NCBI GenBank assembly: GCA_030372985.1
Contig: JAUCQB010000201.1
Location: 1 to 24,000, forward strand
Direction of reading: 5' to 3'
Length of the DNA: 24,000 nucleotides
Origin: Phycisphaerae bacterium
GTDB taxonomy: Bacteria; Planctomycetota; Phycisphaerae; UBA1845; PWPN01
Under the pieces are notes generated by a model. It saw only the letters and a program-made list of their open reading frames with translations, searched no databases and was not told the DNA's origin. Of this stretch, positions 15,860 through 24,000 are shown in pieces. The position numbers and the translations under genes are program-made. Numbering within the stretch: position 1 is the first letter of the stretch; every line of letters begins with the position of its first letter.

Positions 15860-16840
15860 TCACCCTTTCACCTTCAGAAGGATCTTGATGTAACGAGGGT
15901 CGGACGCCAGTTCAAAGGCCTCAACGCCGCGGGCAAGCGGCAGTTGACGGGACACCATCGACTCGACGTCTATATCACGGCGGGCCAGCGCGCCAATGGC
16001 ATCCGGAAAAGGCCCGCAGCGGCTGCCGAGCACGGTGATCTCGTTGACCGCCACCGGGGCCAGGTTGATGCGTGTGCCGGCGGCGCAGGTGCTCTTGAGC
16101 ACAAGCGTGCCCCGCGGGCGAACCAGCCTCATGGCCGTCTCAAAGCCGTCCGGATTGCCGCTGCAGTCCACGACCACGTCGCGATCGGCTCTCGGCACAA
16201 GATCCGACAGCGAGATCGTCTGAATCCCCTTCTTCTCGCAGAAGTCCAATGTGTGCTCGTTTCGCCCGACGACCTCCAACCGGCAGCCAGTCGTGCGGAG
16301 CACCTGGGCAACCAGCAGGGCCAGTCGTCCGGAGCCGATCACGGCCACGCGTGTCCGCTTCTCGATCGGGCACTGCTTAACCACCTGATAGGCGGCGGCC
16401 AGTGGCTCGATGAAGACGGCCTGCTCGTCGCTGATCGCCCCGGGGACTTCGTGCAGATTTCGCTCGGGCACGGCGATGAACTGGGCGAAACAGCCGTCGC
16501 GGCCCGAAATGCCGATCACGCTTCGCTTGCGACAGTGGTTGGCCAGCCCCTGCTGGCACATGTCGCACTTGCCGCAGACGCAGTTGATCTCCGCCGTGAC
16601 CCTCCTCCCCCGCCACCGCCGCGAGCCCCTCACTACCGTCCCCACGAACTCGTGCCCGAGCACCCCCTCATAACTCATGTAGCCCTTGGTGATCTCGATG
16701 TCTGTGGCACAGATGCCCGCAAGGTGGACCTCGATCAGGGCCTCATCCTCCCTGGGCGATGGGTCCGGGTATTTGGCGTCGAGTCGAAGCGTCTGGTTGA
16801 AGACAAGCGCATTCACCTGGGTGGCCTTCTCCGTCGGCAT
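15860..16840 (-). CDS. Zinc-dependent medium-chain alcohol dehydrogenase family protein
   Basis: VHLAGICATDIEITKGYMSYEGVLGHEFVGTV; structural-zinc Cys cluster INCVCGKCDMCQQGLANHCRKR; VIGSGRLALLVAQVLR. Confidence 0.85.
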   Translation of the reverse strand: MPTEKATQVNALVFNQTLRLDAKYPDPSPREDEALIEVHLAGICATDIEITKGYMSYEGVLGHEFVGTVVRGSRRWRGRRVTAEINCVCGKCDMCQQGLANHCRKRSVIGISGRDGCFAQFIAVPERNLHEVPGAISDEQAVFIEPLAAAYQVVKQCPIEKRTRVAVIGSGRLALLVAQVLRTTGCRLEVVGRNEHTLDFCEKKGIQTISLSDLVPRADRDVVVDCSGNPDGFETAMRLVRPRGTLVLKSTCAAGTRINLAPVAVNEITVLGSRCGPFPDAIGALARRDIDVESMVSRQLPLARGVEAFELASDPRYIKILLKVKG

Positions 16841-17037
16841 TCAAATCTGCTTTGCCCAGATCAGTATCGAGCATCATTGCAGGACCGTCAATCCACAACC
16901 CCTTGGACACTTGCCGGGCTCCCGTTCCCGCCCGCTGGCCTGTCGTCATTCTCGGCGTTATAGTCACGGTTTTCGTAACCGTGCCGTGGGACCGTGACCG
17001 TTTTCGCTCGCCGCACGGCCTTGGCGACATCGCAGGC

Positions 17038-17853
17038 ATGAGTATGACAAACAGGATCGATCGGGCGTTTGCAGATCTGTCGGCCAAAGGCAGGAAAGGC
17101 CTTCTGCCGTTCGTAACCGCGGGCCTGCCCGATCTCGATACAACACAGCGGATCCTTGAATCTCTGGCCGACCTCGGCGTCACAGCCGTCGAGCTCGGCT
17201 TCCCCTACTCCGATCCCATCGCCGACGGGCCAATCATCCAGGAGTCTTTCACCAGGGTGCTCGAATGCGGAATCCGTGTCCGCGACATCCTCGCGATGGT
17301 GGCCCGATTTCGGCAGAAATCTCAGTTGCCCCTGCTGGCGATGTTGTCCTACTCCATCGTGCACCGCATCGGTCTTGACACGTTCGTCCGTCAGGCCGCC
17401 CAGGCCGGCATCGACGGGTTGATTCTGCCCGATTTGTCGCTGGAGGAGGCCCCGCAGGCCGCCAGGGTCGTTGCCGACGCCGGTCTATGCCTGCCGATGC
17501 TCATCTCGCCGGTCTCGCCTCGGCAGCGCCGGGAAAAAATCGCCGCCACCTGCAGCGGCTTCGTGTACTACATGTCGGTCGCCGGCATCACCGGCGAGCG
17601 AAAGCAACTCCCCCCGGATCTCGTCGACAACGTCCGCGAGATTCGCCAGGCCTCCGGCCGTCCGGTCGTCGTCGGCTTCGGCATTAGTTCGGCCGAGCAC
17701 GTGCGTCTCGTCTGTTCGGCCGCCGACGGCGCCATCATCGGCAGCGCCCTGGTGCGCAAGATGATGGAGACCATGAACGGCGGCGCCAACAGCGATGCCG
17801 TTGTCAACGCAGCCGCCGATGCCGTTCGCGAATGGATGACAGGCCTGCCCTGA
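17038..17853 (+). CDS. trpA: Tryptophan synthase alpha subunit
   Basis: MSMTNRIDRAFADLSAKGRKGLLPFVTAGLPDLDTTQRIL...VTAVELGFPYSDPIADGPIIQESFTRVL...GIDGLILPDLSLEEA...VVVGFGISSAEHV. Confidence 0.95.
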   Translation: MSMTNRIDRAFADLSAKGRKGLLPFVTAGLPDLDTTQRILESLADLGVTAVELGFPYSDPIADGPIIQESFTRVLECGIRVRDILAMVARFRQKSQLPLLAMLSYSIVHRIGLDTFVRQAAQAGIDGLILPDLSLEEAPQAARVVADAGLCLPMLISPVSPRQRREKIAATCSGFVYYMSVAGITGERKQLPPDLVDNVREIRQASGRPVVVGFGISSAEHVRLVCSAADGAIIGSALVRKMMETMNGGANSDAVVNAAADAVREWMTGLP

Positions 17854-18029
17854 GATCGCTGCCTCCGTCGGCTCCTTCAATTCCGCTCAGGCCGTTGGTC
17901 GGCTTCCGGGCACAAACGGTTTGCCCAGCCCTCTGCTTGACGGATGACTCCTATTGTGCACCTTCGCGACGTGCGGCCGGCATTCCGACATCTGCAATTC
18001 ACCTGGGCGGCATCGGATGATGTCGGAGC

Positions 18030-19034
18030 CTACTGACGCGGATGGAATTGCCGGTGAATGGCCTTGAGGCGTGAATTGTCGACGTGCGTGTAGATCTGCG
18101 TCGTGCTGATATCGGCGTGACCGAGGAGTTCCTGAACGACGCGAAGATCCGCCCCCCCTGCCAGCAGGTGCGTCGCGAAACAATGCCGCAACGTGTGCGG
18201 GGACAACCTCCCGGCCACGCCCATCTGGCGTGCGTACTTGACCACCAGCCGCCAGCAGTTCGTACGATCCAGCGGCTTGCCGGTCCGTGAAACGAACAAG
18301 CGGTCGCTCGATGTCCCGTCGATCAACTGAGGCCTCAGGATGGTCAGGTATTCCCGCAGCGCCTCGACGGCCCGCGAGCCGATCGGCACGACTCGCTCCC
18401 GACGCCCTTTGCCCATGCATCTGAGGTAGCCGATGTCGAGATGAACACTGCTCAGAACCAGCCCGACCAGTTCGCTCACCCGCAGGCCGGTGGCGTAGAA
18501 CAGCTCCAGGATGGCCCGGTCGCGCAGAGCCAGAGGGTCGTCCGTCTCGTTCGGCAGCCCCAGGAGCTTGTCCACGTCCTGTCTGCTGAGCACGCGCGGG
18601 AGGTGTTGCCACTTCTTGGGGGCCTCGATCAGCGTGGAGACATCGTCTTTGATGAGTCCGTTCTGGTGCAGGTACCTGAGGAACAGCTTCACCGCGACGA
18701 GCCGGCGTGCGATCGACGACTCGGCCAGGTTTGCGGCCTCTCGCAGTGCAACCATGAACGCCTGAATGTGGCGGACGTTGATCGTCCTGATGTCGATGCG
18801 CTGATCGGCGCAGAACCCGGCCAGTGACGTCAGGTCATGGCGATAGGCGGTCAGGGTGTTCTCTGACAGCCCGGCCTCGACGTTGAGATGCCGCAGGAAC
18901 GCCTCAATCTGGTTGCACAACGACGGCGCAGATTCCGCTGCGGCCTCAGGCTGAGGCCCATTGCGCAGGCGCAAGTCGTGTGTCGGACCGGATCTCGGCG
19001 GCTCGGATCCTATGGTAAACGGAACATGAGTCAT
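18030..19034 (-). CDS. xerD: Site-specific tyrosine recombinase XerC/XerD type
   Basis: Catalytic residues in ATGLRVSELVGL (R), GKGRRERVVPI (K), SPHTLRHCFATHL (HxxR), LLGHADISTTQIYTHV (H...Y). N-terminal SAM-like core-binding region AFLRHLNVEAGLSENTLTAYRHDL. Confidence 0.9.
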   Translation of the reverse strand: MTHVPFTIGSEPPRSGPTHDLRLRNGPQPEAAAESAPSLCNQIEAFLRHLNVEAGLSENTLTAYRHDLTSLAGFCADQRIDIRTINVRHIQAFMVALREAANLAESSIARRLVAVKLFLRYLHQNGLIKDDVSTLIEAPKKWQHLPRVLSRQDVDKLLGLPNETDDPLALRDRAILELFYATGLRVSELVGLVLSSVHLDIGYLRCMGKGRRERVVPIGSRAVEALREYLTILRPQLIDGTSSDRLFVSRTGKPLDRTNCWRLVVKYARQMGVAGRLSPHTLRHCFATHLLAGGADLRVVQELLGHADISTTQIYTHVDNSRLKAIHRQFHPRQ

Positions 19035-19243
19035 GATCGTGGGCACACAGACGGAACGCTTCCCGCAGATTCATGAGGGTCCACAGGCCGGCACAGCGCG
19101 CATCGCGGCCGTCGAGATAGGGACACACAGACTGCGGGGTGTTCACGGATTCATCCTCGCTCATCTACGGGCACGGGCGTCTGGACGCCGCCCGTCGCTG
19201 TAGTTATCGGGCGACCCCCGAATTTTGCTTGAGTGGATCTGGG

Positions 19244-19290
19244 AAGGCTGAATGTCCCCATGAGAGTTGCCATGGGGGCCCTGCAGCCTT
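19244..19290 (+). repeat. Nested inverted repeat (predicted two-part stem-loop) upstream of the GH172 gene
   Basis: Outer arms AAGGCTG (19244..19250) and CAGCCTT (19284..19290). Inner arms CCCCATG (19256..19262) and CATGGGG (19271..19277) with an 8-nt loop. Confidence 0.6.
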
Positions 19291-19349
19291 ACCATCACGC
19301 CCAAAAATGGGGCGGAAACCGGCTGGTTGTGCCCTGGGAGGTGAGTACC

Positions 19350-21794
19350 GTGACTGGAAATCCTGCACGCGTCATCGTCGCCGCAATCCTGATGTTGCTG
19401 TCCCCGGCCGCTCGGCCCAACACGGCGGCCGCCAGGGAGTTGACCTACGAAGATCTGCTTGCCCACCTGACCGACATCGACCGCCTGCCGGTCATCGAGC
19501 CCGGGGTACGCTGCCTGCAGTTCAGCAGTTATGACCGGGCCAGCCAATATGACGCCGCGACCGACAGCTACAACAACTGGGACGCGAATGGAGATGCGGG
19601 CCATTTTCTTCGGATCGATCCCCAGACCAAGGAGGGTGTCATGGCCGAGATGGACGGCCCCGGCTGCATCTTCCGGATCTGGTCAGCCAACCCGCAAGGT
19701 GTGATTCGCTTCTACCTGGACGGCGACGCCAAGCCGACGTACGAGTGGGATTTCAACAGACTCTGCACCGGTGCCATCGAGCCGTTCATCAAGCCGCTCG
19801 TCTGGAAGCGGGATCCCAACAACGCCAATTCGGCCTCGAACATCTATCTGCCCATTCCCTACGCCAAAGGCTGCAAGGTCACCAGCGTGATCCCCCAGCC
19901 GGATGGCGCCGGCAAGACGCCCGGCCACTACTACATCATCAACTACCGTACATTTCCAAAAGACTGGACCGTGCCGACTTTCAAGCTTCCGCTGACCGAG
20001 TCGCAGCGGGCCGCGGTCGAGGACACGGCCGCGAAGTGGTCGAGGTGCGGCCAGGTGGGACCACATCCTCTCGATCGCTTCGCGACGAAGAAAGAGACGA
20101 TCGCTCCGGGCCAGCGACTTGTGGTCGCGGAGTTGAAGGGGCCGGCCGTCATCCGGCAATTCCGAGCGAAGCTGAGTTCCACAGAAAAATGGGCGACACG
20201 GAAGGTCGGGCTGCGGATCTATTGGGACGACGAGACGGAACCCTCCGTTTGCTGCCCGATCGGCGATTTCTTCGGCGAGCCCAAGGACGTGGAATACAAG
20301 TCGTACCCGATGGGCATCACCGATTCGATGAATTACTGCTTCTTCCCGATGCCCTTCCGGGCAGGCGCCAAGATCGATCTGGTCAACGAGGGAAAGCAGC
20401 CGGCGCCGGTCGAGGTCGCCATTGCCTACCGGCCACAGGAAGTGCCGGATGATTGGGCGCATTTCAAGGCCAAGTTCCGCTCGGAGATCGCCTCGGAGAG
20501 CTTTGACTACCCGCTTATCGAGACCCGCGGAACCGGCAAACTCGTGGGCATCTGTCTGTTCCCCGACAACATCCACGGCGGGTGGTGGGGTGAAGGCGAC
20601 GAGAAGGTCTATGTCGACGGCGAGAAGTTCCCCTCCTGGTTCGGAACAGGGTCCGAGGACTACTTTGGTGACGCCTGGGGAATTCGCCACTTCGCGAATC
20701 CCTCCCACGGGCATCCCCAGAAGAACGTGGAACGAATGCAGGGCTGCTATCGTTGGCATCTCGGGGATAACATCCCCTTCTACAAGTCGCTGCGGATGAC
20801 CATCGAGAACTACACCGGCCTGCCGCATGTGACCAGCCGCAACGACTACAGTTCGGTTGCATACTGGTACGAGTTGCCGGGCGGTAACGATTTCTTTGAG
20901 GAGGTGCCGCTGGCCGATCGCATCCCGCGCGGTTTCGTCGCCACGGGAGCCCTGGAAATTGAACGTTGCCAGGACCCGGCAACGTTGAGCGATGCGCTGC
21001 GCGTCATTGACGACACCGAACTCCCCAAGCCGCTCTCCAGCGGCGGCGGCCTGATGTTCGTCGGTGATGTGGGAGACGAGATCACCTTTCAGGTGCCCGT
21101 CGGGCAGGATGAGCATTATCTGCTTCGTCCGGTCCTGGCCCAGGATGTCCGAAACTCGAAGTTCGAGTTACTGGTGGACGGCAAGCCGGCCGGCCAGCGC
21201 CCCTACCTGCGCAAAGGCATGATGCCCATTACGCTCAAGTTCACCGGTGACCCCGTTGACGGCGATCGTTGCCGCGCGATCATCGACTGCCTGCGCATGG
21301 AGGTCTACCGCAACTTCATCACCCACTGGATGGTCGTCGGGCCTTTCCCCAACCCCGACCACAAGGGGTTTTCGACCGTCTATCCGCCCGAGGAGCAACT
21401 TGACTTCGGCGCCAAATATGCCGGGAAAGACAACCAGGACCTCACGTGGCAACCGGTCAGCAGTCAGGACGGCGTCATGATGCTGCAGGGCAGATTCAGA
21501 CCCTCTGAAGACGTCATCGTTTACGGCGCCTGTATCGTTCGCTCGCCCAAGGCCGGGAAACGCACCCTGCTGGTCGGCAGCGACGACGGCATCAAGATCT
21601 GGCTGAACGGCAGGCTTGTCTGGGAACACCTCGTGCGCCGAGGGATCAAGCCTGATGAGGACCGCATCGGGGTCGATCTCAAACAGGGCGACAACCTGCT
21701 GCTGCTCAAGCTCGACCAGGGCCCCGGCGACATGGGATGGGCCGTGCGGTTCGTTGACCCAGCAGATGAGCTGCAGCTTGCACTGCCGAAGTGA
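19350..21794 (+). CDS. GH172 / DUF2961 domain-containing protein, secreted
   Basis: CLQFSSYDRAS...NNWDANGDAGHFLR...VMAEMDGPGCIFRIWSANPQGVIRFYLDGD...KSYPMGITDSMNYCFFPMPF...WFGTGSEDYFGDAWG. Start proposed at GTG 19350, behind GGGAGG and giving a signal peptide (VTGNPARVIVAAILMLLSPAARPNTAAA). The track ORF starts at 19233. Confidence 0.85.
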   Translation: MTGNPARVIVAAILMLLSPAARPNTAAARELTYEDLLAHLTDIDRLPVIEPGVRCLQFSSYDRASQYDAATDSYNNWDANGDAGHFLRIDPQTKEGVMAEMDGPGCIFRIWSANPQGVIRFYLDGDAKPTYEWDFNRLCTGAIEPFIKPLVWKRDPNNANSASNIYLPIPYAKGCKVTSVIPQPDGAGKTPGHYYIINYRTFPKDWTVPTFKLPLTESQRAAVEDTAAKWSRCGQVGPHPLDRFATKKETIAPGQRLVVAELKGPAVIRQFRAKLSSTEKWATRKVGLRIYWDDETEPSVCCPIGDFFGEPKDVEYKSYPMGITDSMNYCFFPMPFRAGAKIDLVNEGKQPAPVEVAIAYRPQEVPDDWAHFKAKFRSEIASESFDYPLIETRGTGKLVGICLFPDNIHGGWWGEGDEKVYVDGEKFPSWFGTGSEDYFGDAWGIRHFANPSHGHPQKNVERMQGCYRWHLGDNIPFYKSLRMTIENYTGLPHVTSRNDYSSVAYWYELPGGNDFFEEVPLADRIPRGFVATGALEIERCQDPATLSDALRVIDDTELPKPLSSGGGLMFVGDVGDEITFQVPVGQDEHYLLRPVLAQDVRNSKFELLVDGKPAGQRPYLRKGMMPITLKFTGDPVDGDRCRAIIDCLRMEVYRNFITHWMVVGPFPNPDHKGFSTVYPPEEQLDFGAKYAGKDNQDLTWQPVSSQDGVMMLQGRFRPSEDVIVYGACIVRSPKAGKRTLLVGSDDGIKIWLNGRLVWEHLVRRGIKPDEDRIGVDLKQGDNLLLLKLDQGPGDMGWAVRFVDPADELQLALPK

Positions 21795-21953
21795 TGCCCG
21801 GGGGCTGCCTTCGATTTCGCCAACCTGCACCCGTCACGGCACTTGCTTCGATCGCGACTGATGCGATCCTTGCTCGATACCGGCATTCTTCTGAGGATTG
21901 TCAATCGCGAGCCCTGATGCCCGATTGACGCCCTCGGTCGAGGCACTTACGAT

Positions 21954-23543
21954 GTGTGCCGGCCGTTGGGCAGCCGCGCGGATCGGTCGACCGAGGGCCT
22001 GTATTCGTTGTATGTTACGGTAGCGATCCGCCGGCGCTGCGGCGAGGGCCGCGACTTGATTCCCCGTCTGATACAACTGGTCCAATCGTTCGGCCGTCAG
22101 CGGGTTCTGCTGATCGGTGATCTCATTCTCGACCGCTACATTTACGGCGATGCGGAACGGATCAGCCCGGAAGCGCCCGTCGTCGTGCTCCGCAAGGAAC
22201 ACGACGAAGAACGTGTCGGCGGAGCCGGAAGTGTCGCCGCCAATATGCGCGAGTTGGGCTTGGATGTGGTCTGCGTCGGCGCAGTCGGTTTGGATGACGC
22301 CGGCCACCGGATCAGAGCCTTGCTGGAGGCTCAGCGGATCGGAACTCGGGGGCTGGTCGCCCTGGGCGATCGTCCGACGACCACCAAGACGCGTTTTGTC
22401 GGCCTGGCCCAGCACCGCCACCGCCAACAGCTTATCCGGGTGGACGACGAGGTGACCCGGCCGTTCTCCGAGTCAGATTCGGCCCGGGTCATCCAGATGG
22501 CGGTTGCGGCCATCAAGGATGTCGCCGCCGTCTGCCTCGAGGACTACGACAAGGGTCTGCTGAGCGAATCCTTGTGCCAGAAGGTCATCGCCGCCGCGAA
22601 GACTGCCGGAAAGCCCGTGCTTGTCGATCCCGCACGCCTCAGCGACTACAGCAAGTATCGTGGTGCGACCCTCCTGACGCCGAACCGGGCCGAGTTCCAG
22701 CTGGCATCCGGTTGCCGTGATACGTCAGTGGACACCCTTCTGGTCAGCGCCCACGCGGTCATCGAGAAGTATGGTCTGGGCGGACTCCTGGTGACGGTTG
22801 ATCGCGATGGGGCGATTCTGGCGGAGAGGGGCAAGAAAGCCGTTTGCATTCCGACGCGACCCCGGGCGGTTTACGACAATACCGGCGCGGGCGACGCCGT
22901 GCTGGCGATGCTCGCGGCGGCAGTTGTCGCGGGGGCAACATGGGAGGAGGCCGCCCGGTTGACCAACGTCGCCGGCGGTCTGGAGGTCGAGAAATTCGGC
23001 TGTGTGCCGATCACGCGGGAGGAAGTCATTGCCGATCTCCGTCTTTCATCCCGGGCCGGTACCGGCAAAATTCGCACCGCCGATGAACTCACCTCGGAGC
23101 TGTCGCTTCGGCGAAGCCGTGGTGAAACGGTCGTGTTCACCAACGGCTGCTACGACCTTCTGCACGCCGGACACGTCCGGTTCCTGGAGCAGTGCAAGGC
23201 TCTGGGCAACATTGTGGTAGTCGGCCTCAATTCCGACGCCTCCGTCCGCGCTCAGAACAAGGCCAAGGACCGTCCGATCGTTCCGCAGGAATACCGGGCA
23301 GAGGTGATCGCGGCGTTGCAGACCGTCGACTACGTCGTCCTGTTTGATGAGCCGACGCCGCTGTCGTTGATCGAGAAGATCCGCCCCGAGGTGCTCGTCA
23401 AAGGTGAAGATTGGAAGGACAGGGGCGTGGTCGGTCGTGAGTTCGTTGAATCCCGCGGCGGCAAGGTCGTTCTCCTGCCGCTGGTTGAGGATCTCAGCAC
23501 GACGAACCTGATCGAGCGGATTCGCGCGGGAGCCAGGCGATGA
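21954..23543 (+). CDS. hldE: Bifunctional D-glycero-beta-D-manno-heptose-7-phosphate kinase / heptose-1-phosphate adenylyltransferase
   Basis: PfkB kinase domain (VLLIGDLILDRYIYGDAERISPEAPVVVL...RVGGAGSVAANM...DNTGAGDAVLAM) fused to a nucleotidyltransferase (FTNGCYDLLHAGHVRFLEQCK). The true start may be TTG 22056 (LIPRLIQLVQSF...). Confidence 0.93.
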   Translation: MCRPLGSRADRSTEGLYSLYVTVAIRRRCGEGRDLIPRLIQLVQSFGRQRVLLIGDLILDRYIYGDAERISPEAPVVVLRKEHDEERVGGAGSVAANMRELGLDVVCVGAVGLDDAGHRIRALLEAQRIGTRGLVALGDRPTTTKTRFVGLAQHRHRQQLIRVDDEVTRPFSESDSARVIQMAVAAIKDVAAVCLEDYDKGLLSESLCQKVIAAAKTAGKPVLVDPARLSDYSKYRGATLLTPNRAEFQLASGCRDTSVDTLLVSAHAVIEKYGLGGLLVTVDRDGAILAERGKKAVCIPTRPRAVYDNTGAGDAVLAMLAAAVVAGATWEEAARLTNVAGGLEVEKFGCVPITREEVIADLRLSSRAGTGKIRTADELTSELSLRRSRGETVVFTNGCYDLLHAGHVRFLEQCKALGNIVVVGLNSDASVRAQNKAKDRPIVPQEYRAEVIAALQTVDYVVLFDEPTPLSLIEKIRPEVLVKGEDWKDRGVVGREFVESRGGKVVLLPLVEDLSTTNLIERIRAGARR

Positions 23544-24000
23544 ACGATCCGATTGCCGCCGCTATTTCCGACCATCGCCGACTGCTTCAGGGTCTGGACG
23601 CCCACGGACCTCTGCTTCGCGACATCGCCCGAACAGTCATTGACGCCATCGAGGACGGCCACCGCGTGTTCATTCTGGGCAACGGGGGCAGCGCGGCCGA
23701 CGCCCAGCACATTGCCGCCGAACTGGTCGGCCGTTTCAAACGGGACCGGCGTCCCCTGCCGGCCATCGCACTGACCACGGATACCTCTAATCTGCTGTCC
23801 ATCGGCAACGATTACGGCTTCGGCCATGTGTTCACCCGCCAGGTGGAGGGGCTGGTTCGGGCCGGAGACGTGGTCTGGGCCTTGTCCACCTCCGGGAATT
23901 CATCCAATGTGCTTGAGGCGGTCCAGGCCGCACGGTTGCTGGAGGCCTGCGTGATCGGCTTCTCCGGAAGAACGGGCGGCAGGCTAAAGCCTCTTTGTGA
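23540..24000 (+). CDS. gmhA: Phosphoheptose isomerase (SIS domain), truncated by window end
   Basis: MNDPIAAAISDHRRLLQGLD...VFILGNGGSAADAQHIAAELVGRFKRDRRPLPAIALTTDTSNLLSIGNDYGFGHVF...WALSTSGNSSNVLEAV. Its ATG overlaps the hldE stop (ATGA). It runs off the 3' end, so it is absent from the ORF track. Confidence 0.93.
   Translation, partial: MNDPIAAAISDHRRLLQGLDAHGPLLRDIARTVIDAIEDGHRVFILGNGGSAADAQHIAAELVGRFKRDRRPLPAIALTTDTSNLLSIGNDYGFGHVFTRQVEGLVRAGDVVWALSTSGNSSNVLEAVQAARLLEACVIGFSGRTGGRLKPLC

Noticed and set aside
18030-19034. Tyrosine recombinase as the integrase of a mobile element or genomic island
   Set aside because: The sequence reads as housekeeping XerC/D type. It is flanked by trpA and GH172, with no tRNA, att repeats, phage genes or accessory genes nearby.
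19683-21116. 477-aa minus-strand ORF antisense to GH172
   Set aside because: It is fully overlapped by a well-supported plus-strand gene. Its composition is typical of high-GC shadow ORFs and it has no recognisable motif.
1-24000. CRISPR arrays, retron-type ncRNA, tRNA/rRNA genes, long tandem repeats
   Set aside because: I read the intergenic gaps and saw no regularly spaced direct repeats, cloverleaf-like sequences or reverse transcriptase. A tRNAscan-SE/Infernal run would settle it.

Overview
The window is high-GC and reads as ordinary chromosomal DNA, probably from a Planctomycetota (Phycisphaerae-like) bacterium; that assignment is inferred from protein styles only. It begins with an unremoved Nextera/Tn5 adapter, so base 1 is an artificial contig end. 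I can support about 23 coding regions. Recognisable ones are a CCA-adding enzyme/poly(A) polymerase family protein, RsmD, a YkgJ-type Cys-cluster protein, HisS, a HYExAFE-motif protein, BioB, a FabF-like ketosynthase, two zinc-type MDR dehydrogenases, a divergent class II aldolase, a CRM/YhbY RNA-binding protein, Frr, a polytopic membrane protein, an HNH endonuclease, a YfiH/YlmD-family protein, TrpA, a Xer recombinase, a GH172/DUF2961 protein, HldE, and a truncated GmhA that the ORF track misses. I found no CRISPR array, transposase, tRNA or rRNA, and no clear new defence or mobile system. The observations most worth checking are: a zinc-ribbon reading frame joined to an upstream membrane ORF across one in-frame TGA; nested inverted repeats in the 5' leaders of the GH172 and trpA genes; a dense palindromic block inside a membrane-protein gene; an HNH gene whose conserved N-terminus extends upstream of the first ATG; a cluster of three tiny membrane proteins, two apparently paralogous; and an aldolase/dehydrogenase pair of unclear substrate.
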